Assembly: GCA_964016885.1 (NCBI GenBank) | Contig: OZ024743.1 | Coordinates: forward strand, 342,488,001 to 342,552,000 | DNA from: Eledone cirrhosa | Taxonomy: Eukaryota | Direction of reading: 5' to 3' | Length of the DNA stretch: 64,000 nucleotides | In this document: positions 63,122-64,000 of the stretch, one piece after another | How positions within the stretch are numbered: the first letter of the stretch is position 1 | Layout of the letters: every line of letters begins with the position of its first letter | Made by a program: the position numbers and the translations under genes | Notes under the pieces: generated by a model | Told to the model about the DNA's origin: nothing | Database searches by the model: none | Seen by the model: the letters and a program-made list of their open reading frames with translations, nothing else

Positions 63122-63172
63122 TGCCTGAAGAGGTCACAGCCAATGATGGCTGTCACCCAAATATATATAGCA
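63122..63172 (+). ncRNA. Degenerate minimal hammerhead (G12 mutated) in a (TA)n-flanked ORF-less insert (~62912-63230)
   Basis: TGC-CTGAAGA-GGTcACAGCCA(atga)TGGCTGTcACC-CAAA-T(ATAT)A-TA-GCA. Confidence 0.65.
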
Positions 63173-63230
63173 ATATATCTATAATTTATAATAGACGAAG
63201 CCAAATTTTATATATTTGACTTAATTATTT

Positions 63231-63270
<40 letters not shown>

Positions 63271-63421
63271 TACGTATATATATATGATTTATTTTATGTG
63301 CGTGTGTGTGTGTGGGGGGGGGGGGGTGTTACGTTTCTTACACAATACAGTATTGAGTAAAATGTATGTTTGATAACAGACTTAGCTTGTAATATAGACA
63401 TACCTCTCTAAATTCTAAATT

Positions 63422-63606
63422 AATAATTGTTTCTACTTTAGGCACAAGGCCAGCAATTACCCAGTGCATTACTGGTACTTTATTTTATCTACCCCGTAAG
63501 GATGAAAGGCAAAGTCAACCTCGGCGGGATTTGAACTCAGATCGTAAAGGGACGTAACTATGCTGGAAAGCATGGCGTCCGACCCTCTACCAATACTGCC
63601 AATCCA
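63422..63606 (-). mobile_element. SINE, short form
   Basis: Near-identical to 4268-4450; AAATTAATAAT occurs on both sides. Confidence 0.92.
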
Positions 63607-63779
63607 CAAATTAATAATGTAGTTAAGCGAGGTTTCCTTTTTTTACTTTTCAATATAGTGTAAAGCTCTTGTAAGATAAACATATATCGTAAGATAAAGA
63701 AAATCTTCATTTGCTATTTCCATCAATTATATATAAATATGAATAAATAAATATATATGTTAAAGTTGGGGGCCATGTA

Positions 63780-63909
<130 letters not shown>

Positions 63910-64000
63910 GAGAGAGAGAGAGACATACAGAGAGAGAGAGGTAGAACACTGGAAGGTAATATCCGTAGTGGTAGAACACTCAGTCCATGGGACGAGTTAG

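Overview
AT-rich animal genomic DNA, most likely octopus/cephalopod (inferred from a tRNA-derived SINE family present in about 15 copies and dense (TA)n/(CA)n/(GATA)n microsatellites). No host protein-coding exon could be supported; the window is almost entirely retroelement-derived. Main contents: (1) a head-to-tail array of three distinct Tx1/L1-clade LINEs (45.8-59.9 kb, minus strand), each bounded by (GATA)n, one with intact ORF1 and ORF2; (2) at least six Penelope-like element (PLE) remnants, several with inverted 3' ends; (3) more than ten type-I hammerhead ribozyme motifs from several sequence families, including an ORF-less 522-bp unit found in tandem, permuted and inverted copies with covarying stems (retrozyme-like); (4) R4/Dong, CRE and RTE LINE fragments, a Tc1/mariner relic and a hAT (Buster/Charlie-like) relic. 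The two most notable observations are the 522-nt hammerhead unit (candidate circular RNA) and splice signals that would remove Tx1 ORF2 as an intron, leaving an immediately terminated ORF1 mRNA. Boundaries of decayed elements are approximate, read by eye.
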